32,053 nucleotides of DNA from Polyangiales bacterium (GCA_038230375.1 JBBRNJ010000093.1:1-32053), one strand, 5' to 3'; counted from the stretch's first letter, positions 1-9,242 are shown. Numbers and translations: made by a program. The notes: generated by a model not told the origin, from the letters alone.

Positions 1-225
1 ATCGATCGACGCCTGCGCCGGCGACACGAGGCTCACCTCGGTGGTGGTGATCTCGGTCTTCCAGAGCTTTGCCTGCGCGATCGGCAGGCCGACGGCGGTG
101 GCGCCCGCGAGCGCGCCCACGATGACGAGCGCGATGACGACGCGACCCCACTTGAAGGAGCTCGGAGGCGGCTCTTCGCGCGAGATTCGCAGCGATGCGA
201 GATCGGATGAAAGTCGGTCGTTCAT
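1..225 (-). CDS. Efflux transporter periplasmic adaptor (membrane fusion protein), 5' part; runs off the window
   Basis: Not in the ORF track. Manual translation from ATG 225 gives MNDRLSSDLASLRISREEPPPSSFKWGRVVIALVIVGALAGATAVGLPIAQAKLWKTEITTTEVSLVSPAQASID, open to base 1. The 'DLASLRI' N-terminus, single TM helix and 'EVSLVSPAQ' resemble RND/ABC adaptor N-termini. Confidence 0.65.
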   Translation of the reverse strand, partial: MNDRLSSDLASLRISREEPPPSSFKWGRVVIALVIVGALAGATAVGLPIAQAKLWKTEITTTEVSLVSPAQASID

Positions 226-332
226 GGAGCCGTTCCGTCGGCCCGCATCGTACACTGGTCGCGTCTCGATGTGGATGGTCACGTTCCCCCATCGAGCAGG
301 CAGGCGCTGGATCTGGCGTCAACCCAGCGGGC

Positions 333-1319
333 CTACCGACCCCGCGCCCAGGCGAGCAGCTCAACACGGTTGGCGACCCCCGCATGTCTGTAGAGCCGCT
401 CGAGCATCGTCTTGACGGTCGCAGCCGCGATCTCCATGGCCCGCGCGATTTCGGCGTTCGTCAGGCCCCGCTCCGTGTAGCCGATGAGCTCCAGCTGTCG
501 CGGCGACAGCGGCTTGTTCGCCTTCTGCGAGGGACCGTCGATGGCAACGATGAAGGCTGCGCGGGTTCCCTTGTCCACGCACGGGGCCGCGTAGAACGTC
601 CGGGTACCCGAGCGAAACGGGCCTCGCGACGCATCCCGCGACGCGCGGGCGATCGCGTTCGCGATCGTCGGGTCCTTGTCGAGCATGGGCTGAGCTCTGC
701 GGGATGCGCCCAGCACCGCCCCTCGTCCGTCGGTCACAACGACGACGTCCGCACGGTTCGCGAGCAGCTGCTCCAACGCGGAGGACTCGCTCCTGGCGTT
801 GGCGAGCAGGGCCGAAACCCGCAGGGGCACGACGAGCGTCGCAGCCCGCGTAGCAAGCTTCTTCCGCTCCTCATCCGAGAACTCCGTGCCCTCGGGTATG
901 GCGAGGAGGGCGGCTGCGACCTGGACCTCGGCGTTGCACACCGCGATGCGTCCCTGGTCAAGCACGCCGAAGCGCCGCACAAACGGGTAGATGGTGCTCT
1001 TCTTGAAGCTCTCCCGCGACGCGATCCCGTCACGAAACGGCTCAACCCAGACGTTTCGCTGCGCGAGGGGAACGTTGGCGACGTCGTAGGCAGGGGTCCT
1101 TCGGTGCGCTTCCTCCGGCAAGGTCAGCCTGTGGAACTCTCCCCCGTGCAGGACCCGAAGAAGACCCAGCGACTGCGATCGCGCACCCCGGCACGTGAGT
1201 GGAACGGCGGTCCCGCGCGGGCACTCGCTGCTCAGCGCTCTTGCGGCGAGCTCCAGGACCGCGCCTTCATCTTCCAGCGCTGCGACCGCGTCCGTCAGCT
1301 GCGCGAGCGGCGTGCTCAT
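333..1319 (-). CDS. LuxR-family HTH transcriptional regulator with an N-terminal sensor region
   Basis: The C-terminus LSPRQLELIGYTERGLTNAEIARAMEIAAATVKTMLERLYRHAGVANRVEL is a classic LuxR HTH. A PAS-like segment (DVVVVTDGRGAVLGAS) precedes it, and there is no receiver domain. Confidence 0.85.
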   Translation of the reverse strand: MSTPLAQLTDAVAALEDEGAVLELAARALSSECPRGTAVPLTCRGARSQSLGLLRVLHGGEFHRLTLPEEAHRRTPAYDVANVPLAQRNVWVEPFRDGIASRESFKKSTIYPFVRRFGVLDQGRIAVCNAEVQVAAALLAIPEGTEFSDEERKKLATRAATLVVPLRVSALLANARSESSALEQLLANRADVVVVTDGRGAVLGASRRAQPMLDKDPTIANAIARASRDASRGPFRSGTRTFYAAPCVDKGTRAAFIVAIDGPSQKANKPLSPRQLELIGYTERGLTNAEIARAMEIAAATVKTMLERLYRHAGVANRVELLAWARGR

Positions 1320-1328
1320 GGCTTGAGC

Positions 1329-1601
1329 CTATACCGCATCGCGGGGAGGGCGAAGGCCGCCGCGAGCGAGCCACGCGCGTGTGTCCTCGAAGCCCCCGAT
1401 CGTCTCGTTGTTCACGAAGACCTGCGGAACGGTGCGCCTGCCGGTACGGGCGAGCAGCTGCGCGCGCACGCCTTCATCTCGCGCAGGGCGTTCCTCGAAC
1501 GAAAGGCCGTTCATTCGCAGCAGGCGCTTCACCTTCCAGCACCAGATGCAGAGGGCGCGGGTGTAGACGACGATCTCGACAGGCTGGCTCGCTGTGCTCA
1601 T
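1329..1601 (-). CDS. Glutaredoxin (GrxC-like)
   Basis: IVVYTRALCIWCWKVK (CxxC), TGRRTVPQVFVN (cis-Pro TVP motif) and IGGFED. ATG 1601 gives 90 aa. Confidence 0.85.
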   Translation of the reverse strand: MSTASQPVEIVVYTRALCIWCWKVKRLLRMNGLSFEERPARDEGVRAQLLARTGRRTVPQVFVNNETIGGFEDTRAWLARGGLRPPRDAV

Positions 1602-1682
1602 GAGAGGAGAATGACGCGGACATAGGTGCCGCGCGATACGCCGTTCGGCGGACACTCGCCGCGACGGTCAGGCGGAGCCCAC

Positions 1683-2786
1683 TCAGCTCTTCGCGATCTT
1701 CGCGACCAGCTGTTCGGTCTCTTCGGTCGCCTCTTCGCGCATGTCCAGCTCGGACAGCGCGAGGTCGACGGGGTCTTCCAGCTCTGTCTTCACCCGCACG
1801 TTCCGGTCCGTGCGCGTGGTGAGCGGGATGACCCGAAGCGCTGCAAGGATGCGCTCCATACCGGCGTTCGCGGCGCGGAGGTCCGCCTCCAGCTTGTCGT
1901 GCTCCTTGAGCTCGCGCTCGATGACGTGGAGCACCTCCTTCGCCTCGTCCCCGCTGCCCGCGAGCTCGCGCTGCTTGTGGAGAAGCGCGTTCTTGTCCAG
2001 CGTGGCGAGCCGCGTCTCCAGCGTGACCCGCGTTCGCTCGAGTTGCTCCGCGCGCTCCACCAGCGCCTTCACCTTCTTCTTGAGCTCCTTCAGCGTGACG
2101 TCGTCGCCCGTCGCGTGATCCGCCTTCTTCGCTGCTGCGCGGACCTGCGCGATCTTGGTGCTCTTGCGCGCGCGCATCGCGGACGCTGCGAGCCAGGAGA
2201 GGAGCAAGAGCCCACCGGTCGCGGACAGGTACGACAGAATATGCGACGGCGTCTCCACCGTGAGCGACGGTCCAGCAGGCACGTTCGCTTCCATGGAACC
2301 AGTGAGCGTCTTCGCGAACTCCTCCTGCGTGAGCAGGCGCTCGAACGCGAGGTCCTTGCCGCGCGGCACCAGGCACGGTCCGGCGAGCCCCGCCGCAGCG
2401 CACGCAGGCGCATCCATGCCGGACGCGACCAGGTGCACGGTGTGGGTCTTCTCGTCGTAGGACGACACACGCAGGCCGGCGCGGTCCGTCTCGTAGAAGC
2501 CGCCGGCGCGCGTGGCAGGGCCCGTCTTGGTGGAGTCCGTGCGGTAGGCGGCGTCGAACACGGTGCCGTCGAACGAGCTCCGAAGCGAGCCCTGCACGAC
2601 GACCTCGCCACCACGCGCCAGGTTCTGCACGCTGGTCGCGCTGCCCTTGCCCAGAGTCACGTGGGACACCGGCCCATCCATGCCGATGCTCTTCGTGGGC
2701 CACGCGACGAACGCGCCCGCGAGGAGCGACACACCAGCGAGCGCGCCCAGGATCTTGATGCCGCGCCCGCTCTTCCTTCGGCTCAT
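1683..2786 (-). CDS. Hypothetical membrane protein with two hydrophobic segments and a C-terminal coiled coil
   Basis: N-terminal hydrophobic stretch (ILGALAGVSLLAGAFVAW), a second TM (ILSYLSATGGLLLLSWLAA) and an E/K/L-rich heptad C-terminus. The start overlaps the VWA gene stop by 4 bp. Confidence 0.75.
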   Translation of the reverse strand: MSRRKSGRGIKILGALAGVSLLAGAFVAWPTKSIGMDGPVSHVTLGKGSATSVQNLARGGEVVVQGSLRSSFDGTVFDAAYRTDSTKTGPATRAGGFYETDRAGLRVSSYDEKTHTVHLVASGMDAPACAAAGLAGPCLVPRGKDLAFERLLTQEEFAKTLTGSMEANVPAGPSLTVETPSHILSYLSATGGLLLLSWLAASAMRARKSTKIAQVRAAAKKADHATGDDVTLKELKKKVKALVERAEQLERTRVTLETRLATLDKNALLHKQRELAGSGDEAKEVLHVIERELKEHDKLEADLRAANAGMERILAALRVIPLTTRTDRNVRVKTELEDPVDLALSELDMREEATEETEQLVAKIAKS

Positions 2787-4831
2787 CTCAAGTAACCATA
2801 CCCCGAACCGCGGAGCATGACCGCAAGAGGCAGAGCGTCGGCGATTTTCTGGTCCCCGTTCGCGGCAAGTGAGAGCCGCGCAAGGCGCAGGCCCTCTTCA
2901 CCAAGACGCGGCTCTTCGAGCGCCATGGATGCACGCTTCAGGAGCTCCGCGCGCTCGTGAAGGACCTGCGCGGCGTACGCGCGGTTGCCGCGATCGATCG
3001 CGTCGGCTGCCTTCAGGATCGCATCACCTGCGGCAAAGGCCTGCACCGTGGCCGCCACGCTGGCGTTCGTGGTGCTGGCGCTCTCCGCGTCGCTCTGCGC
3101 GTAGGTCGTGCGGATGGCGATCTCCTGCGTGACGTTCTTCTTCGCGATGCGGTCCTTGTACTTGATCTCCACGCTGCCGATGGTCGCCTCGCCCACGCCT
3201 TCCGGCACCTCCACGGTGACGAGCATGGCGTGGCGGTCGTCGCGGGAGAACGACGGCATGAAGAAGCGCATGCCGCCCTCTGCGTCCGTCAGGCGATCCT
3301 TCTTGATGTGGTCGCGCTTCGCGACCTGCGTATCCACGACGATCTCCTGCTGTCGAACCAGCGCGGCCTCCGCCTTGTCCAGCACGTGCGAGCCGAAGAT
3401 CTTGCGCGGCGTGACCTCGGGCCGCAGGCGAAGGCGAACCTCCACGGCCTGCGCCACGGGCACCAGGCGTGCGTCCATCTCGCGGTTCAGCGCCGGTGCG
3501 ATCTGCGTGGAGTCCGCGAGGTAGTAGTAGCCGCCCGCGCCCTGGTCCGCGACGCTGGACATGATCTGCGCATCGAAGTCCGCGCCCAGGCCAAAGCTCG
3601 ACGTCTGGATGCCGTCCTGGAACGCCTTCGCGCTGCGTCGCGCGATGCTGTTCGGATCCGTGTCGCCGGCGTTCGCGTGACCGTCGGACAGGAACATCAC
3701 GATCTTGACGGCATCCGGGTTGATGCTGGTCGTGTGCGCAAGCTTGTATCCTGCATCCAATCCGGAGCTGATGTTCGTGCCGCCCTCCGCCTGGATCCTG
3801 CGGATGGAGTCGAGGATGCGATCACGGCGCGACACCGCGGAGCCATCCTCCACCAGGACCTGCGCGTCGTCGGAGAAGATCACCATGGAGAAGTCGTCCT
3901 GCGGTTCCAGGCGCTTCACCAGCGTCTCCGCGGCCTGCTTCGCGTTCTCGATCGCCATGCCCTGCATGGAGCCGGAGATGTCCAGGACCAGGTGCACGGA
4001 GAGCGGCGCGCGGCCCGGCATCACGTCGGAGCTCTTCATGGCGATGCGGAGATTCACGAGCCCGCCGGACGGCGCGAGCTGCCCGCGCTCGGTCTCCACG
4101 GAGAACGCCATCGCGCTGCCCTGCGGAACCGCCAGCGACGGCGCATAGCGACCGCCGAAATCGCCGACGAGATCCTTGTAGGTCGTCGGGATGCTGCCCT
4201 TCGTCACCGCGGCGTCGAACGCGGCGATCGCAGCGCCGCCGGGGCGGTACGTTGTCGCGTAGCGCGCGTTGCGATCGAGCGTGACGACAGGCGCCACCGG
4301 CGCCGCAGGCACGTCGACGGGGCGTGGGGCGATGTTGCCCTGACGTGGCCCCATGATCGCGGGCGCTCCACCCGTCGGCCCGCCGCGGCTGGGGTCAAGG
4401 GCATCGACCACACTCTTGTCCACGTCGGTCTTCGCGGGCGGCGGCGGGGGCGTGGTCTGCGCGTACGCCTTCAGTTGCGCTCGGGGCGCGGCGGCCACGG
4501 TGGCAGTCGAGGTCTTGCCAGTTCCAGAACCCGTGGTGCCATTTGCCAGCTGGCCTGGGGTGTTCGGCGCCACCTCCATCGCCGGTGCGGCGCCGGATGC
4601 AGCGGCGTGCGGAATGGAGTGTCCTATCGTCCCGACGTTACCCATCGGCTGCGGGGTCGGATCGTTCGCGGCACGTCCCTTCGCTTCGTCCTCCTCCTTC
4701 CGCTTGCCGTCTGCGGTCGCGGTGGGCGCCTCATTCACGCTGTTCGTGGCAGCGCGGTCGACCTTGGAATCGCATGCGGCGAGCCCGATGACGATGGTCG
4801 AGAGCAGAAACGCAGAGCTCCGCTTGTTCAT
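2783..4831 (-). CDS. VWA (von Willebrand A, YfbK-like) domain lipoprotein
   Basis: Lipobox GLAA-C, a Pro/Ala/Thr-rich linker, and MIDAS motifs LVLDISGSM, GGTN and FLSDGHAN. An RBS-like GGAGG lies upstream. Confidence 0.9.
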   Translation of the reverse strand: MNKRSSAFLLSTIVIGLAACDSKVDRAATNSVNEAPTATADGKRKEEDEAKGRAANDPTPQPMGNVGTIGHSIPHAAASGAAPAMEVAPNTPGQLANGTTGSGTGKTSTATVAAAPRAQLKAYAQTTPPPPPAKTDVDKSVVDALDPSRGGPTGGAPAIMGPRQGNIAPRPVDVPAAPVAPVVTLDRNARYATTYRPGGAAIAAFDAAVTKGSIPTTYKDLVGDFGGRYAPSLAVPQGSAMAFSVETERGQLAPSGGLVNLRIAMKSSDVMPGRAPLSVHLVLDISGSMQGMAIENAKQAAETLVKRLEPQDDFSMVIFSDDAQVLVEDGSAVSRRDRILDSIRRIQAEGGTNISSGLDAGYKLAHTTSINPDAVKIVMFLSDGHANAGDTDPNSIARRSAKAFQDGIQTSSFGLGADFDAQIMSSVADQGAGGYYYLADSTQIAPALNREMDARLVPVAQAVEVRLRLRPEVTPRKIFGSHVLDKAEAALVRQQEIVVDTQVAKRDHIKKDRLTDAEGGMRFFMPSFSRDDRHAMLVTVEVPEGVGEATIGSVEIKYKDRIAKKNVTQEIAIRTTYAQSDAESASTTNASVAATVQAFAAGDAILKAADAIDRGNRAYAAQVLHERAELLKRASMALEEPRLGEEGLRLARLSLAANGDQKIADALPLAVMLRGSGYGYLR

Positions 4832-4926
4832 GAATCCTCCAGCGCCAGCGACGGCGGCTCGGATGTGGACGCGTTCGCCTCACCAAAGTTCCATTCTTCC
4901 CGGGCTTGCCTATGCTTTCTCAACGC

Positions 4927-5817
4927 ATGCGGCTCGTCTACACGGAGAACGTCCACTCGCTCACCTTGCCCCCTGGGCACAAGTTTCCCCTCGGAAAATA
5001 CGACCGGATCCTCGCGGAGCTGGCGGCGGACCACGACGACCTCCTCACGCTGGGTGCACCGGCGACGCAAGAGGACGTGAGCGTCGTCCACCATCCCGCC
5101 TACGTCGCGGATGTAAGGCAAGGTACGCTTTCACCGGCTGCGATTCGTCGCCTTGGGTTCCCGTGGTCCGAGTCGCTGGTGGTGCGCGCGATGCGCAGCG
5201 TAGGCGGCACGCTCGCCGCGCTCGAGTGGGCGATGCAGTTCGGTGCTGCGGGCCACATCGCCGGCGGCACGCATCACGCGTTTCGTGATCGCGGCGAGGG
5301 CTTCTGTGTCTTCAACGACCTTGCCGTGGCCGCGGTCGTCGCGATGCGCGATCACGGAGCGCGCCGGGTGGCGATCGTGGATCTGGACGTGCACCAGGGC
5401 AACGGCACAGCGGCCATCTTCGAGGACGATCCGCGCGTCTACTGCCTCTCGATCCACGCCAGCAAGAACTACCCGTTCGAGAAGGAGCGCAGCACCATGG
5501 ACGTCGCGCTTCCGGACGACGTCACGGACCAGGGCTACCTCGCGGCGCTCGACCGCGCGCTCGAAGGAGTGCGCGCGCATCGTCCGGACGTCCTCTTCTA
5601 CCAGTCCGGCGTCGACTGCCTGGCCGGCGACCGCCTCGGCCGCATGCGCCTCTCGCACGACGCGCTGCGCGCACGCAACGCGCGGGTCTACGCGCTGGCC
5701 CGCGCGCTCCATGTTCCTCTCGTCGTCACGCTCGGCGGCGGATACGGTCGTGACATCGAACGCACCGTGCGCGCCCACGTCGACGTCTATCGTGGGCTCG
5801 TGTCAGCGTTCAGCTGA
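4927..5817 (+). CDS. Histone deacetylase family Zn-dependent amidohydrolase
   Basis: GHKFP, GGTHHA, GFCVFND, DLDVHQGNGT, SIH, YQSGVD, DRLG and LGGGY motifs are all intact. Confidence 0.93.
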   Translation: MRLVYTENVHSLTLPPGHKFPLGKYDRILAELAADHDDLLTLGAPATQEDVSVVHHPAYVADVRQGTLSPAAIRRLGFPWSESLVVRAMRSVGGTLAALEWAMQFGAAGHIAGGTHHAFRDRGEGFCVFNDLAVAAVVAMRDHGARRVAIVDLDVHQGNGTAAIFEDDPRVYCLSIHASKNYPFEKERSTMDVALPDDVTDQGYLAALDRALEGVRAHRPDVLFYQSGVDCLAGDRLGRMRLSHDALRARNARVYALARALHVPLVVTLGGGYGRDIERTVRAHVDVYRGLVSAFS

Positions 5818-5839
5818 CGAATCGCCCGCCAGACCAAAG

Positions 5840-5860
5840 AAAAAGTATATGTTACCTATT
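5840..5860. promoter_or_regulatory. Candidate NrtR-type operator (GT-N7-AC) upstream of pncB-nadE
   Basis: AAAAA-GT-ATATGTT-AC-CTATT forms an AT-rich island in GC-rich DNA about 40 bp before pncB. The GT-N7-AC core matches the NrtR signature; the flanking symmetry is imperfect. Confidence 0.45.
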
Positions 5861-5901
5861 CACGGATGGCGCGTGCGGACACACCTTCTGCGTCGAGGCA
5901 C

Positions 5902-7338
5902 ATGAGCGACAGAACACTCGGAATCGACGCGTATCAGCTCAGCACGCTCGTCGCGCACACGGATGCTGGCCGCCTGCGCCACGACGCGACCATGGCGTTC
6001 TTCTTCCGGCGCATGCCGCAGGCGCGGCGCTACATCGTGTTCTGCGGGCTCCCGCAGATCGCGGCCATGGCGAAGGACATGCGGTTCGACGAGGCGGAGC
6101 TGGACGCGCTCCTCGCGCACCCGATGCTCGGTCCCGCGCTCGCAAAGCGGCCCGGGATCATCGCGGCGCTCCGAGAGCTGCGCCAGTTCCACGGTGACGT
6201 GGACGCGATGGAGGAGGGGACGCTCGCGTTCGCCGGGCCCGCGATCGACGAAGGCGGCGCAGAGGTCCTCATCGGTGGCGCCCGCCTCACGCTCTACACG
6301 CCCATGCTGCAGGTCAAGACGGACATGCTCCGCGCCAAGCTGATCGAGACGCCATGGCTCGGCATCGTCAACTATCTCTGCATGGTCGCCTCCAAGGCCG
6401 CGCGCGTCGTGACGGCCGCGAATGGAAAGCCCGTGATGGAGTTCGGTCAGCGCCGAACGCATCCCGCCGCGGCGCTGGACGCGTCGTATGCGGCCTACAT
6501 TGCCGGTGCCACCGCCACGTCCAATCTTGCCGCGTTCGCGCGCTACGGCATCCCGGCCACGGGCACCATGGACCACTTCGCCGTCATGGCCTCCGAGCAG
6601 CCCGGACAGAGCAAGAATGATGCAGAGTGCAGCTTCTTTTCCACGTTCGCGGCCTCTTTTCCGGGTGCGGCGTCGCTGCTCGTGGACACGTACGACACGG
6701 ACCGCGGCATCAAGAACGCCGTGCATGCGACCGACAGGAAGCTCACCGGGATTCGCATCGACAGCAACGTGAGCCGCGAGACGCTGACGAACGCGCGCAA
6801 GCTGCTCTCTGACCTGGGCGCGCCTCACGCGAAGATCTTCGTGTCCGACGGGCTGGACGAGCACAAGGTCCGCGATCTCAGCGACCTCGCGGATGGCTTT
6901 GGTGTGGGCGAGAACATCACGTGCTCGCCGGACGCGGCCACGGGCATCGGCGCCGTCGCGAAGCTGGTCATGAATGGCTACGGCGCGATCACGATGAAGC
7001 TCGCGAAGGGCTCCGGCAAGGCCACGCTTCCGGGGCGCCTGCAGGTGTATCGCTTCGATGATCATGATCTGGTCGCGCTCGAGAGCGAGCCCGCCAGGAC
7101 CGGCGGCAAGCCGCTCCTCGTGCCGTTCTGGCGTGGAGGAGAGTGCGTCCGCAAACCCTTGCCGATCGCCGACACGCGCGCCTATGTCCGCTCGCAGATA
7201 TCCGCGCTCCCGGAGGAGCTTTCGCGCATAGACCCCCTTTCTCGTGATGACTCCGCGCCGCCTGGGCGGCGATTGCTGGTCATCTCCGACACGCTTCGCG
7301 CTAGCGTCGAGCGCCTCGCAAAAGAGGCCGTACAATGA
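5902..7338 (+). CDS. pncB: Nicotinate phosphoribosyltransferase
   Basis: DAYQL, FFRR, EFGQRR, ATSN, GTMDH (phospho-His motif), LVDTYD, GIRIDS, SDGLDE, FGVG and GKATLPG. ATG 5902 follows GAGG; an alternative start is at 5866. Confidence 0.92.
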   Translation: MSDRTLGIDAYQLSTLVAHTDAGRLRHDATMAFFFRRMPQARRYIVFCGLPQIAAMAKDMRFDEAELDALLAHPMLGPALAKRPGIIAALRELRQFHGDVDAMEEGTLAFAGPAIDEGGAEVLIGGARLTLYTPMLQVKTDMLRAKLIETPWLGIVNYLCMVASKAARVVTAANGKPVMEFGQRRTHPAAALDASYAAYIAGATATSNLAAFARYGIPATGTMDHFAVMASEQPGQSKNDAECSFFSTFAASFPGAASLLVDTYDTDRGIKNAVHATDRKLTGIRIDSNVSRETLTNARKLLSDLGAPHAKIFVSDGLDEHKVRDLSDLADGFGVGENITCSPDAATGIGAVAKLVMNGYGAITMKLAKGSGKATLPGRLQVYRFDDHDLVALESEPARTGGKPLLVPFWRGGECVRKPLPIADTRAYVRSQISALPEELSRIDPLSRDDSAPPGRRLLVISDTLRASVERLAKEAVQ

Positions 7339-9242
7339 GGCTCGCCCGTTTCGCCATCGCCAACGTCGACACCACCGTCGGCGCCATGAAGAGCAACGTA
7401 GACCGCGCCGTCACGCTGGCCCGTGAGGCCACCGCACAGGGCGCAACGCTGGTCGCGTTTCCGGAGCAGCTCATCGGCGGCTACGCGGCAGAGGATCTGG
7501 TGCAGTGGCGCGCGTTCGTTGCGTCGCAGTGGACGGAGCTTCTTCGCTTCGCGCGGCTCACGTCGCACCTGGGCGCCGCGCTCTGCGTGGGTGTCGCGGT
7601 CGCGCGCGGAAGCAACATCTACAACTGCGCTGCGCTGGTGTACCGCGGCAGCGTGATCGGCCTGGTCCCGAAGGAGAAGCTGCCCACGTACAATGTCTTC
7701 TACGAGTCGCGCACGCTCGCGCGTGGGTTGCCCGGAATGAAGGGCGAAGTGCACGGCGTGCCCTTCGGGGACCTCGTGTTCGACCTTGATTTCGGCTGTC
7801 TTGCGCTCGAGGTGTGCGAGGACGTGTGGTCGCCGGATGGGCCCATGCGTCGTCGCGCATACGCAGGCGCCGAGATCGTCGTGAACCTGTCCGCCTCGCC
7901 GTTCCGTCTGGGCGTGCTTGCTACGCGCCGCGAGATGCTGTGCACGCGCGCGGGCGACAACCAGGCAACCATCGTGTACGCGAACCTGATCGGCGCGAAC
8001 GACGGCCTGGTCTTCGATGGCGGTGGCTTCGTCACGCAGAACGGACGCTTGCTGCTCGACGCGCCGCGCTTCCGCGAGGGCGTGTCCCTGGTCACCGTGG
8101 ATCTGGATCGAACCACGCGCCTCCGCACCGAGAACACGACGTGGCGGCAGGATCAGGAGGCGTTCGTGATGTCCGGCCCCGCGGTGCACCACGTGGCCGT
8201 CGCGCAGCCAACCAGCGGGCGCGACAAGCTCACGTACCCAGCACCCGCGCACAAGAGCTACTTCCTGCCCGCGCCGTCCACGAGCACACGCTCCGTGCGC
8301 GACGAGTTCGCGGAGGACCTGCTCGACGTGCTGGCGCTCGGCATCGGCGACTACTTCGAGAAGACGGGCGCGTTCAAGACGATCGGCGTCGCGCTCTCCG
8401 GCGGTCGCGACAGCCTCTTGTGCCTCATGCTCGCGCGTCGCTGGATCGACCAGAAATTCGCGAAGGAGGACAAGGCCACGCGCGACGCGAAGGCGCGCTC
8501 CATCCTGCGCGCGTTCTTCATGCCCACGCGCTACTCGTCCGAGGAGACGAAGAAGGCCGCCGAGAAGACCGCCGAGGAGCTCTGCGCCACGTTCGCGATC
8601 GTCTCCGTGGACGATGCGTTCCAGCGCGAGCTCGTCGAGATCGAGAAGATGCTTGTTCCTGGCGAGGTGGTCACGCCCGTTGCACGTCAGAACATGCAGG
8701 CGCGCGTGCGTGCTGCGCGCATGTGGACGTGGTCGAACAGCGCTTCGGGTCTCTTCCTGCAGACCAGCAACATGAGCGAGAAGGCCGTGGGCTACGCGAC
8801 CATCGGCGGCGACATGGAGGGGGCGCTCAGCGTGATCGCGAACGTGCCCAAGACCGTCGTCAACTTCCTGCTCGATTACCTGCTGGAGACCACGGGCTCG
8901 GAGGCGATCAAGCTCACGCTGAAGAAGCCCGCGTCCGCCGAGCTGGCCGACAACCAGGAAGACGAGCGCGAGCTCATGCCGTTCCCGGTCCTCGATGCAT
9001 GCTTCGCGCTCTACGCTGGCGAGAAGATGTCCCCGGACGAGGTGGAGGAGGCGCTCGCGGCGACCTTCCCAGAGCACGATCCCGCGCAGATCTCCGCGTG
9101 GACGCGCAAGTTTGCCCGGCTCTTCACCATGTCGATCTACAAGTGGGTGCAGACGCCGCTCTCGCTGCACGTCGGAAATCTCGATCTCGATCGCGAGCGC
9201 GCGCTCCAGCTGCCCGTCGTCCAGAAGACGGAATGGCAGTAG
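7335..9242 (+). CDS. nadE: Glutamine-dependent NAD+ synthetase (nitrilase-fold glutaminase plus synthetase)
   Basis: Glutaminase triad motifs FPE, PKEKLP and VCED; synthetase motifs SGGRDS, QNMQARVR, SNMSE, GYATIGGD and SAEL. ATGA overlap with pncB. Confidence 0.95.
   Translation: MRLARFAIANVDTTVGAMKSNVDRAVTLAREATAQGATLVAFPEQLIGGYAAEDLVQWRAFVASQWTELLRFARLTSHLGAALCVGVAVARGSNIYNCAALVYRGSVIGLVPKEKLPTYNVFYESRTLARGLPGMKGEVHGVPFGDLVFDLDFGCLALEVCEDVWSPDGPMRRRAYAGAEIVVNLSASPFRLGVLATRREMLCTRAGDNQATIVYANLIGANDGLVFDGGGFVTQNGRLLLDAPRFREGVSLVTVDLDRTTRLRTENTTWRQDQEAFVMSGPAVHHVAVAQPTSGRDKLTYPAPAHKSYFLPAPSTSTRSVRDEFAEDLLDVLALGIGDYFEKTGAFKTIGVALSGGRDSLLCLMLARRWIDQKFAKEDKATRDAKARSILRAFFMPTRYSSEETKKAAEKTAEELCATFAIVSVDDAFQRELVEIEKMLVPGEVVTPVARQNMQARVRAARMWTWSNSASGLFLQTSNMSEKAVGYATIGGDMEGALSVIANVPKTVVNFLLDYLLETTGSEAIKLTLKKPASAELADNQEDERELMPFPVLDACFALYAGEKMSPDEVEEALAATFPEHDPAQISAWTRKFARLFTMSIYKWVQTPLSLHVGNLDLDRERALQLPVVQKTEWQ

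Noticed and set aside
195..5080. Long plus-strand ORFs (195-1625, 1626-2795, 2957-5080)
   Set aside because: They are antisense shadows of minus-strand genes with clear motifs; they are Arg/Gly/His-rich with no domain signal, as expected in high-GC DNA.
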